A DNA stretch of 60,787 nucleotides from a virus. Taxonomy: Duplodnaviria > Caudoviricetes. Below, in pieces: positions 28,756-36,939 of this stretch; position 1 is the stretch's first letter; the number at the start of each line of letters is the position of its first letter. The stretch is from positions 1 to 60,787 of IMG/VR virus record IMGVR_UViG_3300044823_000252, one strand, 5' to 3'. The notes beneath the pieces are model-generated. The model did not search any database. It saw nothing but the letters and a program-made list of their open reading frames with translations, and was not told where the DNA came from. The translations under genes and the position numbers were made by a program.

Positions 28756-31700
28756 ATGTCCGACGACGGCCACGAGCCGATGCCGCCCGACGAGTTCTGG
28801 AAGCTCGTGGCATCGCAGAAGGTCGAGGCCGGTGGTGGGGTGTCTCTGCCACCGTCCGATACCGATGGCGCTCCTTCGCCGCCGAACGATGGGAGCTCGG
28901 TCGGAGCCCCGCCGCCCGTACCGCCTCCCAAGACCGGAGACTCCTCGCTCGAGGAGCGCCTGCGCGCCGCCCAGGAGCGGGGACTGGCCGACAACCTGCG
29001 CCGCCAGCTCGCGTTCGTGGGCGCCGCGGAGGTGGTCTTCGAGTTCCAGGCGCTCGGCGTCCGGCGCTACCCGAACGACTCGTTCGACAAGTCGCGCGCG
29101 GCGCACGCGCGCGGGCCGGAGATGGCCGTCGCGCTCTGCGCCGAGGCCGACTCGTGGATCGCGCACGGCGTGTACATCATGCCGGCGCGGCTGCGGGCCG
29201 GGGTCGAGTCGCGGCACGCGGCGCCGGGGCACTGGTTCGACATCCCGAAGGGCGTCGGCACGACGGACTCGGACGTCGAGGCGCGCCTCATCCTCGCCGT
29301 CGACTTCGACGTCAAGCGGCCGAGCGCGATCTCGGCGACCGAGGAGGAGATGCAGCGGTCGGTACGCGTCGCACAGAACGCCTGGAGCTTCCTCGCCCAC
29401 CACCTCGGCGAGAGCTCGCTCGCGTACCTGCATTCGGGCAACGGCCGACAGATCCACATCGCGCTCGACGCGGTGCCGGTCAACGACCCGTCGAAGAACG
29501 CGTGCGCGGGCCTGCTCGTCGGCCTCGCGCACCTCTTCAACACGCCCGAGGTCACGGTCGACGAGAAGCTCTTCGACGCCAAGCGCATCCTGCCCGCGTG
29601 CGGGACCTTGAAGAAGAAGGGTGCGGCGGGCGTCGAGGACCGCCCGCACCGCCGGACCGCCATTGTCACTCCGGAGGTTGTGACGCGCGTCTCGCTGGAG
29701 AAGCTCGTCGAGCTGGCGCGTGTCATCTGGGAGGCGTCGGACGCCGCCGGCCGCGCGGCCATCGACAAGGCGTTCGGCGTCAAGCCGCAGCCGCAGGCGA
29801 CGAGCGTCGTCACCGGGATGCGCGACAACCCCGACTCGCCGTTCGCGCGGGCCAACGACGTCGAGCCGCAGCAGGTGGCCGACTGGCTCGGTCTCTACAA
29901 CCCGCGCGGCGAGGTCGTGTGCCCGGGATGCGGAGAGACGAGCGGCGTCGCGGTCTTGAACCGCGGGCTCAAGTGCCACCACAACAGGTGCAAGGACCGC
30001 GGGCGCGGCGGGTTCCGGACGAACATCGACCTCGTCGCCGAGGTGCAGGGGCTGTCTCCGAAGGAGGCCGTGATCGCGATCAGCGACCGGTTCGGCCTGG
30101 GGATCCCCACCTTTCACGAGGTGCCGCCGCCGGCCATCGCGGAGGCGGCGACGGAGGGCGAGCGCGCGGCCGCCGTGCAGCAGCAGCAGCAGGACTACGG
30201 GGCCGAGTTCCTGACGCCGCTCGACGAGCGGCTCACCCGGTCGGTCGCGCGCGCCGTTCGCCGCTGGATCGGCATCGAGAAACCAGTGCCGCTGCCATGG
30301 GACGAGCTCAAGGAGCACTTCGGCGGGGGCTTGTGGCCGGGGCTACACATCCTCTGCTCGGGCACCGGGGTCGGCAAGACCGCCGCGGTCCTCCAGATCT
30401 GCAAGCACGCCGCCGTAGAGGGCGTTCCGACGGCCTACGTGGGCCTCGAGATGGACGACCTGCAGTTCGACCTGCGCGTGGTCGCGGAGGAGGCGGAGCT
30501 CAGATGGAGCAACCTCTACACCGGGCAGACCAACAATGAGGCGCTCAAGCGCGCGGCCACGGTCGCTCTGGAACTAGCCGACAGGAAGCTCCCGCTGCAC
30601 CCGATCAACAGGAACCCGATGGGCTGGCCGGCGAGCAAGGTGCACGCGCTCGCCGCCGCGCTCCGGCAGAAGTACCCGGAGCCGCCCCCGTCCGAGACCA
30701 TGAACTCGGGCGGACCCGGGTCGAGGCCGATCCTCATCGTCCTCGACTACCTGCAGATCATCGGCCCCGAGGAGGGAGAGGACGGTAAGTACAAGACCCT
30801 CGACCTCCGAGAGCGCATCGGGCGCGCCGCCTACGCCCTGCGCGAGGTGGCGACGCACCACAACATCGCGATCCTCGTCGTCGCCTCGGTCGCGCGCGAC
30901 AAGTACGGGCTCTGGCCGATGGTGATGAGCGCCGACCTCCGGTGGGACTACGACAAGGATCGCCTGGTCAACAGGCGCGTCACGGTCCCCGACGTTCTCG
31001 TCGGCCTCGGTAAGGAGAGCGGGGAGATCGAGTACGGCGCCGACAGCGTGAGCGTCCTCTCGCGCGTGCCGGACACCTACGTCGACGGCCAGGGCGAGAG
31101 CGTCGTGTTCGTGACCGCCAAAGGTCGCGCGACGGGCGCGCGGTGGACCCCGATGCACTTCACTGGCTTCCGTTACGAGCCCGCCCGCGACGGCGGAGAC
31201 GCCGTCGTCGAGGCCCTCAGCAAGGCCGACAACGCGAAGGAGCAGAAGAGGCTCCAGAAGGAGGAGGGGAAGCGGCAGGCTGAGGCCGAGGCCGACCAGC
31301 GTCGAGCCGCCGCCGCGGACTCGAAGGAGCAGCAGCGAGTCCGAGACCGGGACGCGTGCCTGCGGGTCGTCACCCAGTGCCCAGGGATCGGTTCGCGTCA
31401 GCTCCGAGCGTCGATGGCCGCCGAGCTGGGTGAGTGTGGGAGGGAGCGGGCCGACGCCGCGATCACCTACTGTGAGAACGTATCCCACACCATCACCGTC
31501 AACCGGATCAACCCGAAGGACCTGAAGCACTACCCTTCGGGGCAGTACGCCCCACAACCTGACCCAGACGGTGGTGACTTGTCTACCGATCGGTTTATGT
31601 TGGACGGTCCAAAAAAATCCCCCATACCCCCTAGTGATGGCGCCACACGCGCCACACCGGGGGGGAGTGGCGGAAGTAGCTCCGCCACACCCGCCACACC

Positions 31701-32106
31701 CGCCACACGTGGTCTAACTGACGGTAACTATAGAGACGGAGGTGTGGCGGAGCCTCCGCCACACCTCGAAAAGCGATCCGCCACACCCGCCACACCTCGC
31801 CAGCCCACGGCGGACGAGCAGACCGATGCAGACTCAGTCGTCCTGTTCGACATGGACGAGTCCGAGTGGCGGACCGCCACGAAGGCCCTGGGGTGGTCCG
31901 AGGCGCGCTCAGGGAGGGCCAGGGCGCTGGCGAAGCACCGCCAGTCCAAGGCGCGCGCGGACGGGCAGGCGCTCCACCATGTCGAGCTCCGCGGAGATGA
32001 TCCCCGCGCGCTGGCTACGGAGTGGGGGTGGGACGACGATAGGATCAGGATCGCCATGCGGTTCAAGCCGGCGGCAAACGACCGAAAGGAAAACGACGAT
32101 GGTTGA
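28756..32106 (+). CDS. Primase (AEP-like) - Zn finger - DnaB-like SF4 helicase fusion
   Basis: AVDFD, HSGNGRQIH, FDAKRILPACGT; CPGC..CHHNRC; SGTGVGKT, GLEMD, IVLDYLQ, KESGEIEYGAD, AKGR. Confidence 0.85.
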   Translation: MSDDGHEPMPPDEFWKLVASQKVEAGGGVSLPPSDTDGAPSPPNDGSSVGAPPPVPPPKTGDSSLEERLRAAQERGLADNLRRQLAFVGAAEVVFEFQALGVRRYPNDSFDKSRAAHARGPEMAVALCAEADSWIAHGVYIMPARLRAGVESRHAAPGHWFDIPKGVGTTDSDVEARLILAVDFDVKRPSAISATEEEMQRSVRVAQNAWSFLAHHLGESSLAYLHSGNGRQIHIALDAVPVNDPSKNACAGLLVGLAHLFNTPEVTVDEKLFDAKRILPACGTLKKKGAAGVEDRPHRRTAIVTPEVVTRVSLEKLVELARVIWEASDAAGRAAIDKAFGVKPQPQATSVVTGMRDNPDSPFARANDVEPQQVADWLGLYNPRGEVVCPGCGETSGVAVLNRGLKCHHNRCKDRGRGGFRTNIDLVAEVQGLSPKEAVIAISDRFGLGIPTFHEVPPPAIAEAATEGERAAAVQQQQQDYGAEFLTPLDERLTRSVARAVRRWIGIEKPVPLPWDELKEHFGGGLWPGLHILCSGTGVGKTAAVLQICKHAAVEGVPTAYVGLEMDDLQFDLRVVAEEAELRWSNLYTGQTNNEALKRAATVALELADRKLPLHPINRNPMGWPASKVHALAAALRQKYPEPPPSETMNSGGPGSRPILIVLDYLQIIGPEEGEDGKYKTLDLRERIGRAAYALREVATHHNIAILVVASVARDKYGLWPMVMSADLRWDYDKDRLVNRRVTVPDVLVGLGKESGEIEYGADSVSVLSRVPDTYVDGQGESVVFVTAKGRATGARWTPMHFTGFRYEPARDGGDAVVEALSKADNAKEQKRLQKEEGKRQAEAEADQRRAAAADSKEQQRVRDRDACLRVVTQCPGIGSRQLRASMAAELGECGRERADAAITYCENVSHTITVNRINPKDLKHYPSGQYAPQPDPDGGDLSTDRFMLDGPKKSPIPPSDGATRATPGGSGGSSSATPATPATRGLTDGNYRDGGVAEPPPHLEKRSATPATPRQPTADEQTDADSVVLFDMDESEWRTATKALGWSEARSGRARALAKHRQSKARADGQALHHVELRGDDPRALATEWGWDDDRIRIAMRFKPAANDRKENDDG
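31641..31796. repeat. Iteron-like CGCCACAC cluster (putative origin) within the primase-helicase gene
   Basis: Direct copies at 31641, 31650, 31683, 31692, 31701, 31757, 31779, 31788; inverted copy at 31742 forming palindrome 31741-31765. Confidence 0.7.
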
Positions 32107-32666
32107 CGAAGTCGAGCGCAAGGCCGAGACGATCAGGGCTGACGCGAGCGGTCAGTGCCCATTCTGCGGGCGGGCGGTCTCGGTACGGTGGGGTCTGCAC
32201 GCGCAGCCGACGTGCGAGGCGTTCGACCGGATGAGCGGCGACGATTTCGTGCGCGCGGTCGTCAATGGTAAGCAAGCAACATGATCAAACCGATCGTTCT
32301 CTTTCTGCTTGGCGTGTCCGTGGGCGGGTTCGGGCGCGACGCGGCTCGACTCGCGTGGGGTCGCTACATGTCGTGGCGGATGGAGCGGGACTACCAGCTC
32401 GCGGTCGAGCGGCTGAGTGGGTGCCGGCACGCTCGCACCGTCCTGACCGACTGTGGAATGGGACTCGTCACTCCCAAGTGCGTCGATTGTCTCGCTCTGC
32501 ACATGCCGCCAAGCGTCGGTCCAGTGGGCCTTCATGGGCGAGACGGTTGGTGCGCGAACAGCGCCACGATTGAAGAGGCTCAGAAGCTCACGCGCGAGCT
32601 CCAGAACAATCGAGGACCCTCGTGACTCACCGCGACGCGCCCGCGGTCCGGAGAGGCTGAGGCGAC

Positions 32667-35072
32667 CTAAGGCCCACGGAGGACGAACCGCGCCTGCACG
32701 CTGGACCCAGTCGCCGCCAGGACGGCGACGATGACTTGGGAGAACGGCCGCGGGCCGAGCGCGGCCATAAGCTCGCTCTCCCCGAGCGCGAGTCCGGGTG
32801 ACAGCGCGGCCATGAGCCTGCAGAACTGCTGGATCCGCTCCGTGATGACCGCAAAACGGCAAGCCCCCGCCTCGCTCCGCAGGCGGGGGTCCACTCGGGT
32901 GGAGCGAGCGGGGGCGGCCCTAGTCCGGTCTCTTCTGGTTCTCCACGTACTGCCTGAGGATCTCGATAGGCGCACCTCCCGCCGAGATGATGCAGTAGCT
33001 CGGCGACCAGAGGACAGGCTTGCCTCGGTAGGCCGAGCGAAGAACGGGGAACTCGGCGCGCAGCCGGCGGCTCGTAACGGTCTTGAGGTTGTTGATGATG
33101 TCCGTCGGCCGCACCTTCGGCGGCAGGTCGATGAGCGCATGGATGTGGTCGACCTCTCCGGAGCATTCGAGCAGGCACCCCTCCCACGCTTCGCAGAGAG
33201 TGCCGAGGATGGTCGAGGCCCGGTCGAGCATGGCTCCGGTGAGCACATTCTTGCGGTACTTGGTAACGAGAACCAAGTGGTAGACGAGTCGGTAAACGGC
33301 GTTTGCGTTGCGGTGGAGAGCTTGCGTATGGGCCACGAACCAAGCATAGTACGGCCATGGTCCGCGTCTACCGCTATCGCCTGTACCCGACGCGAGCCCA
33401 GGACGCCGCGCTGCGAGAAACGATCGAACGGCTCCGCGAGTTGTACAACGCTGCCCTCCAGCATCGCCGCGACGCATACCGCAAGGCTGGCGTCACCGTC
33501 TCCGCCTACAGCCAGATGCGAGAGCTTGTCGGTGTTCGTCTCGTGCGGCCCGAGTACGCCGAGATCCATACGCATCTCTTGCAGGACGTTCTCACACGAC
33601 TCGACCGTGCCTACCGCGCGTTCTTCCGGCGCTGCAAAGCTGGCGAGACGCCGGGCTTCCCTCGGTTCAAGGGGCGTGGCCGCTACCGAACCTTCACGTT
33701 CAAGGACGCAGCGAATCACAACGGCGTCCGGCTTCTCCCGACTGGCCGGGTCAAGCTCGCGGGCATCGGCAACGTCAAGGTCAAACTCCATCGTCACGTC
33801 GAGGGGCGCATCAAGCAAGCGTCCGTGTCCCTCGACGGAGACGGTCACTGGTACGTGGTCTTTGCGTGCGCCGAGGTCCCGACGAAACCTCTGCCCGCCA
33901 CTGGCAAAAGCGTCGGCATCGACGTCGGCATCACCACGTTCGCCGCGCTCAGCGACGGCCCGCCGGTCGACAATCCTCGACCCTACGAGGTCGCGCAGCG
34001 CTCTCTCGCTACGGCACAGCGTCGCGTGTCTCGACGCAAGCGCGGGTCGAAGCGTCGGCGCAAGGCCGTGGTTCTTCTCGCCAAGCAGTCGGCACGCGTC
34101 CAGCGGGTGCGCCTCGACTTTCACCACAAGACCGCCCACGCCATCGTTCAGCGGTTCGACTCGATTTCCGTGGAGGACCTCAACGTCAAAGGCTTGGCGC
34201 GTATGCGTCTCGCCAAACAGGTACACGATGCCGGGTGGGCTCAGTTCACCACGATCCTCGCTAGCAAGGCTGAAAGCGCCGGCCGCGAGTTCTATCGGGT
34301 GGACCCACGCGGCACATCTCAGGAATGCAGCGGCTGCCACGCTAGGGTCCCGAAAGGGCTCCACGTGCGCGTCCACGCGTGTCCGCGCTGCGGGCTCGTT
34401 TTGGACCGCGACGTCAACGCGGCCCTCAACGTACAAGCGCGGGGACACCGCGTTCGGGGAGGGCTGAATGTCCAGCTCGAAGATCCGAGAAGCCCCTACC
34501 TCGCCGCTTGCGGCAGGTAGGGGAGTTGTCACGTGGCGGGCCATCGCGTAGCCGGCGCGCATCACGCCGAGGACCGCCCCGTCGATCGGATCCGCGAACA
34601 TGTCACCGAACGCGAAGGACGACGCGGGCACGTCGGGCCACGGAGGATGGGTCTCGACCTCAGCGATCGATCGGGCGAGCGACAGCCCACGGGCGAGGTC
34701 GTCGGCGGAGTTCAGGCTCCGCATACTACCGAACACCACGCACTCGCCGACCATCCCAGCGAGCGTCACGACTAGATCGCACCAGAGCGTGTCGGGCGCC
34801 CTCCGCGCGAGGCGTTTGAGCAGGACGTGCCCACCAGGCTGACCGTCGGCGGACCGCGTGACGTCCACGCGCAGCACGCCGGTCACCGACGTGCAGTGCC
34901 AGGCCAGGAGCGCGTGGCCGGCCTCGTGCGCGACCGCCCGCGGGTTGACCGGCTCTGACTGGACTGCAGGCGCAGCCACAGGCCACTCCCGCGCGAGGGT
35001 CAGCACCAGCGCGGCGAGGGGCATCGCCGCCGTCAGCTCGAACGCGAGGAGAGCGGCGGCGAACGGGGTCAC
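32667..35072 (-). CDS. Peptidase M41 (FtsH protease domain)-like gene interrupted in frame by IS605
   Basis: AVAHEAGHA, LAGMVGE, ADDL motifs; removing 32850-34532 restores ..AMARH|VITERIQ.. (240 aa). Confidence 0.75.
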   Translation of the reverse strand: MTPFAAALLAFELTAAMPLAALVLTLAREWPVAAPAVQSEPVNPRAVAHEAGHALLAWHCTSVTGVLRVDVTRSADGQPGGHVLLKRLARRAPDTLWCDLVVTLAGMVGECVVFGSMRSLNSADDLARGLSLARSIAEVETHPPWPDVPASSFAFGDMFADPIDGAVLGVMRAGYAMARHVTTPLPAASGEVGASRIFELDIQPSPNAVSPRLYVEGRVDVAVQNEPAARTRVDAHVEPFRDPSVAAAAFLRCAAWVHPIELAAGAFSLASEDRGELSPPGIVYLFGETHTRQAFDVEVLHGNRVEPLNDGVGGLVVKVEAHPLDACRLLGEKNHGLAPTLRPALASRHATLCRSERALRDLVGSRIVDRRAVAERGERGDADVDADAFASGGQRFRRDLGARKDHVPVTVSVEGHGRLLDAPLDVTMEFDLDVADARELDPASREKPDAVVIRCVLEREGSVAATPLEPREARRLASFAAPEERAVGTVESCENVLQEMRMDLGVLGPHETNTDKLSHLAVGGDGDASLAVCVAAMLEGSVVQLAEPFDRFSQRGVLGSRRVQAIAVDADHGRTMLGSWPIRKLSTATQTPFTDSSTTWFSLPSTARMCSPEPCSTGPRPSSALSAKRGRGACSNAPERSTTSMRSSTCRRRCGRRTSSTTSRPLRAAGCAPSSPFFARPTEASLSSGRRATASSRREVRLSRSSGSTWRTRRDRTRAAPARSTRVDPRLRSEAGACRFAVITERIQQFCRLMAALSPGLALGESELMAALGPRPFSQVIVAVLAATGSSVQARFVLRGP
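32920..33336 (-). CDS. tnpA: IS200-family Y1 transposase
   Basis: YHLVLVTKYRK, HUH motif DHIH, LWSPSY, catalytic YVENQ; GTG start inferred. Confidence 0.95.
   Translation of the reverse strand: MAHTQALHRNANAVYRLVYHLVLVTKYRKNVLTGAMLDRASTILGTLCEAWEGCLLECSGEVDHIHALIDLPPKVRPTDIINNLKTVTSRRLRAEFPVLRSAYRGKPVLWSPSYCIISAGGAPIEILRQYVENQKRPD
33357..34520 (+). CDS. tnpB: RNA-guided endonuclease TnpB
   Basis: YRYRLYPT, PRFK, GIDVGI, VEDL, TSQECSGC..CPRCG, DRDVNAALN; intact D-E-D. Confidence 0.96.
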   Translation: MVRVYRYRLYPTRAQDAALRETIERLRELYNAALQHRRDAYRKAGVTVSAYSQMRELVGVRLVRPEYAEIHTHLLQDVLTRLDRAYRAFFRRCKAGETPGFPRFKGRGRYRTFTFKDAANHNGVRLLPTGRVKLAGIGNVKVKLHRHVEGRIKQASVSLDGDGHWYVVFACAEVPTKPLPATGKSVGIDVGITTFAALSDGPPVDNPRPYEVAQRSLATAQRRVSRRKRGSKRRRKAVVLLAKQSARVQRVRLDFHHKTAHAIVQRFDSISVEDLNVKGLARMRLAKQVHDAGWAQFTTILASKAESAGREFYRVDPRGTSQECSGCHARVPKGLHVRVHACPRCGLVLDRDVNAALNVQARGHRVRGGLNVQLEDPRSPYLAACGR

Positions 35073-35518
35073 TGGGGTAGGACCCCGGCCTTACGAAGAG
35101 TCTCTCTGGCCATGTCGAAGGACCCAGGTGCGTGCCACGCGCGAGAGAGGCCGCTCGGGTGCGGGAGCACGACGTACGTGGTGCAGGTGTCGTCCGCAGG
35201 CCACACGGGTCCGCGCTGTTCAACCAAGAACGGGACGAAGAAGATCCCGAACGCGCGCGTCACCTTTGCGCCGAGCAGCACGAGCACACCGCCTTTGCGT
35301 TCGATCTGAATCGTGCTCGCCCGCTCACGCGCCTCGCGCGCTCGCCACTCTCTCGGGCAGAGGTTCGTTCGATCGAACCGATCGAGGTAGTCGTCCGGGT
35401 CGAGCCCCATCACCTTCCGGCAGAGACGATCTCCAGCGCAGTTCGGGGGCGCCGGGTAGAGCGCGAACTCCGGATCGCCGCCGTACGGGTTCGCCTCGCC
35501 GATGAGCAGCGGCCTCAC
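35069..35518 (-). CDS. Uracil-DNA glycosylase-superfamily protein
   Basis: LLIGEANP, AGDRL, TNL, VLLGAKV, LPHPSG motifs. Confidence 0.7.
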   Translation of the reverse strand: MRPLLIGEANPYGGDPEFALYPAPPNCAGDRLCRKVMGLDPDDYLDRFDRTNLCPREWRAREARERASTIQIERKGGVLVLLGAKVTRAFGIFFVPFLVEQRGPVWPADDTCTTYVVLPHPSGLSRAWHAPGSFDMARETLRKAGVLPQ

Positions 35519-35979
35519 GACGCCTCCGCGAGGCGGAGGGCGTCCTCGATGGTGGAGAGCATCTCCTGGGTAAGGCTCCACCCGAAGATCTCCAGCACGA
35601 TCCGCGCGGTGGTGGCCTCGGCCGCGGAGGCCGACCGTGCGGTCGCGCGCACGACCGACCCGTGGGTGACGAGGATCATCTTCGCGAGGCGCTGCCTGCC
35701 GACGGTGACGCGAACGGCGTCGGGCAGGAACGCGCCCACGATGCGTTCGCCCACCGAGAGCGCGACGCTCACCGAGGGGTCCTCGGAGGAGACGCGCACG
35801 CTCTGCCACACCTGGTCCTCGACGATGTGCCCGGCGATGAACGTGATCTCGTTGTCGTTGGTGCGCAGCAGGTCGACGCCCTGGTAGAGTTGCTCGGCGG
35901 TGACGGTGGCCTTGACATACTCGAGCAAAGTCCCCTCCTCCCTGAGGAGGGAGGCGAGGACATGCGGGGGAAAGTTCAT
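35515..35979 (-). CDS. Hypothetical protein
   Basis: 154 aa in the leftward operon. Confidence 0.6.
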   Translation of the reverse strand: MNFPPHVLASLLREEGTLLEYVKATVTAEQLYQGVDLLRTNDNEITFIAGHIVEDQVWQSVRVSSEDPSVSVALSVGERIVGAFLPDAVRVTVGRQRLAKMILVTHGSVVRATARSASAAEATTARIVLEIFGWSLTQEMLSTIEDALRLAEAS

Positions 35980-35985
35980 TGCTTG

Positions 35986-36408
35986 TCACCTTTTCATGCA
36001 GGATGCGACGTACTCGCGGACGAGCGCGGAGGTGACGCGCGCGTTCTCCCCACTGTCGTACTCCTCACCGGAGTGCAGCGCGCCCACGTGAAACCGCTCG
36101 ACGAGCGGGTGCGCGCGAAGGACGTCCCGCACACGAGCGCGGTCCGCCTCGGTGCAGTCCGCCAGGTCCCCGGAGCCGTCCTCGTTCTTCTGAAAGAAGA
36201 GGCACACTACGTCCGCACACTCGCCGGTGTACTCGGGGTTCCCGTAGCCCCCACCACCGGTGAGTCGGTAGCGTTTGCCGCCGTCCTCGTGCAAGGTGAC
36301 GTCGGTGATCGATCTGAGGACCGCCAGCAGCTTGGCCGCCTCCGGGTCGTCGGCGCGAGGGTCGGACACGCCGCGCAGTTTCACGGCCACCGCGAACGTG
36401 GTGCTCAC
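35986..36408 (-). CDS. Hypothetical protein
   Basis: Coupled ORF. Confidence 0.6.
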   Translation of the reverse strand: MSTTFAVAVKLRGVSDPRADDPEAAKLLAVLRSITDVTLHEDGGKRYRLTGGGGYGNPEYTGECADVVCLFFQKNEDGSGDLADCTEADRARVRDVLRAHPLVERFHVGALHSGEEYDSGENARVTSALVREYVASCMKR

Positions 36409-36764
36409 GGGCTCCTCGCTTGCCCGCAGCTCTCACACTTGCCGTCGAGCCCGACGCTCCACCGCGCGCGCTCCTCCTCGGTGCAGTCGCAGTAGAGGGT
36501 CGGCGCGGCGAGCTCCTCGGTGAGCCACACCACCGTCTCAACGAATGCTGCACCGATTCCGGCGTTGTAGTACGGGTGCCCCTTCGCGACCGCCTCGTGC
36601 GTCACCCCCGAGACCACGCCGCAGAACGCCTGGTCCTTCTTCGGGCAGACGCGCGGGTGCCAGAGCACGAACGGGTCGCCGACGCGCGGCAGGTAGTCGG
36701 CCTCGTACTCGCCGAGGTCTTCGCCGTCGTCGAAGTTCGGGACCTTTATCGTGAAACTGGGCAT
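36405..36764 (-). CDS. Hypothetical protein with C-terminal Cys pairs
   Basis: GAAGGAG RBS; MPSFTIKV..CDC..CESC. Confidence 0.6.
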   Translation of the reverse strand: MPSFTIKVPNFDDGEDLGEYEADYLPRVGDPFVLWHPRVCPKKDQAFCGVVSGVTHEAVAKGHPYYNAGIGAAFVETVVWLTEELAAPTLYCDCTEEERARWSVGLDGKCESCGQARSP

Positions 36765-36939
36765 GATCGATCTCCTTCTCCGCGTCGGTTCGCGATCCAA
36801 CCTCTCCTGCGCAGGCCGCGGACGATCCGGCTCACGCTCGACCGGTGCAGGCCGGTCTCCCGCCAGAGCGATCGGGGCGGACGGCCACTGTCTGGTGGCA
36901 CTGCTCGCAGGTGTAGTCGTCTTGATCCATCATCGGATG

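Larger units (their letters stand above)
32850..34532 (+). mobile_element. Complete IS605-type element (divergent tnpA/tnpB), 1683 bp, target TGAC
   Basis: Left hairpin cccccgcct..aggcggggg with guide CAAG (predicts TGAC, found at 32846-32849). Right hairpin cccctacct..aggtagggg with guide GAAG and terminal TCAC. Confidence 0.92.

Noticed and set aside
28543-30318. Long antisense or alternative-frame ORFs (e.g. 28543-30318, 32731-34467, 46529-48082, 1458-2618)
   Set aside because: Shadow ORFs of real genes in high-GC DNA, with no recognisable motifs.
33357-34520. TnpB as a second Cas12 effector
   Set aside because: It is a canonical ~390-aa TnpB inside an IS605 with both ends and tnpA, with no array nearby.
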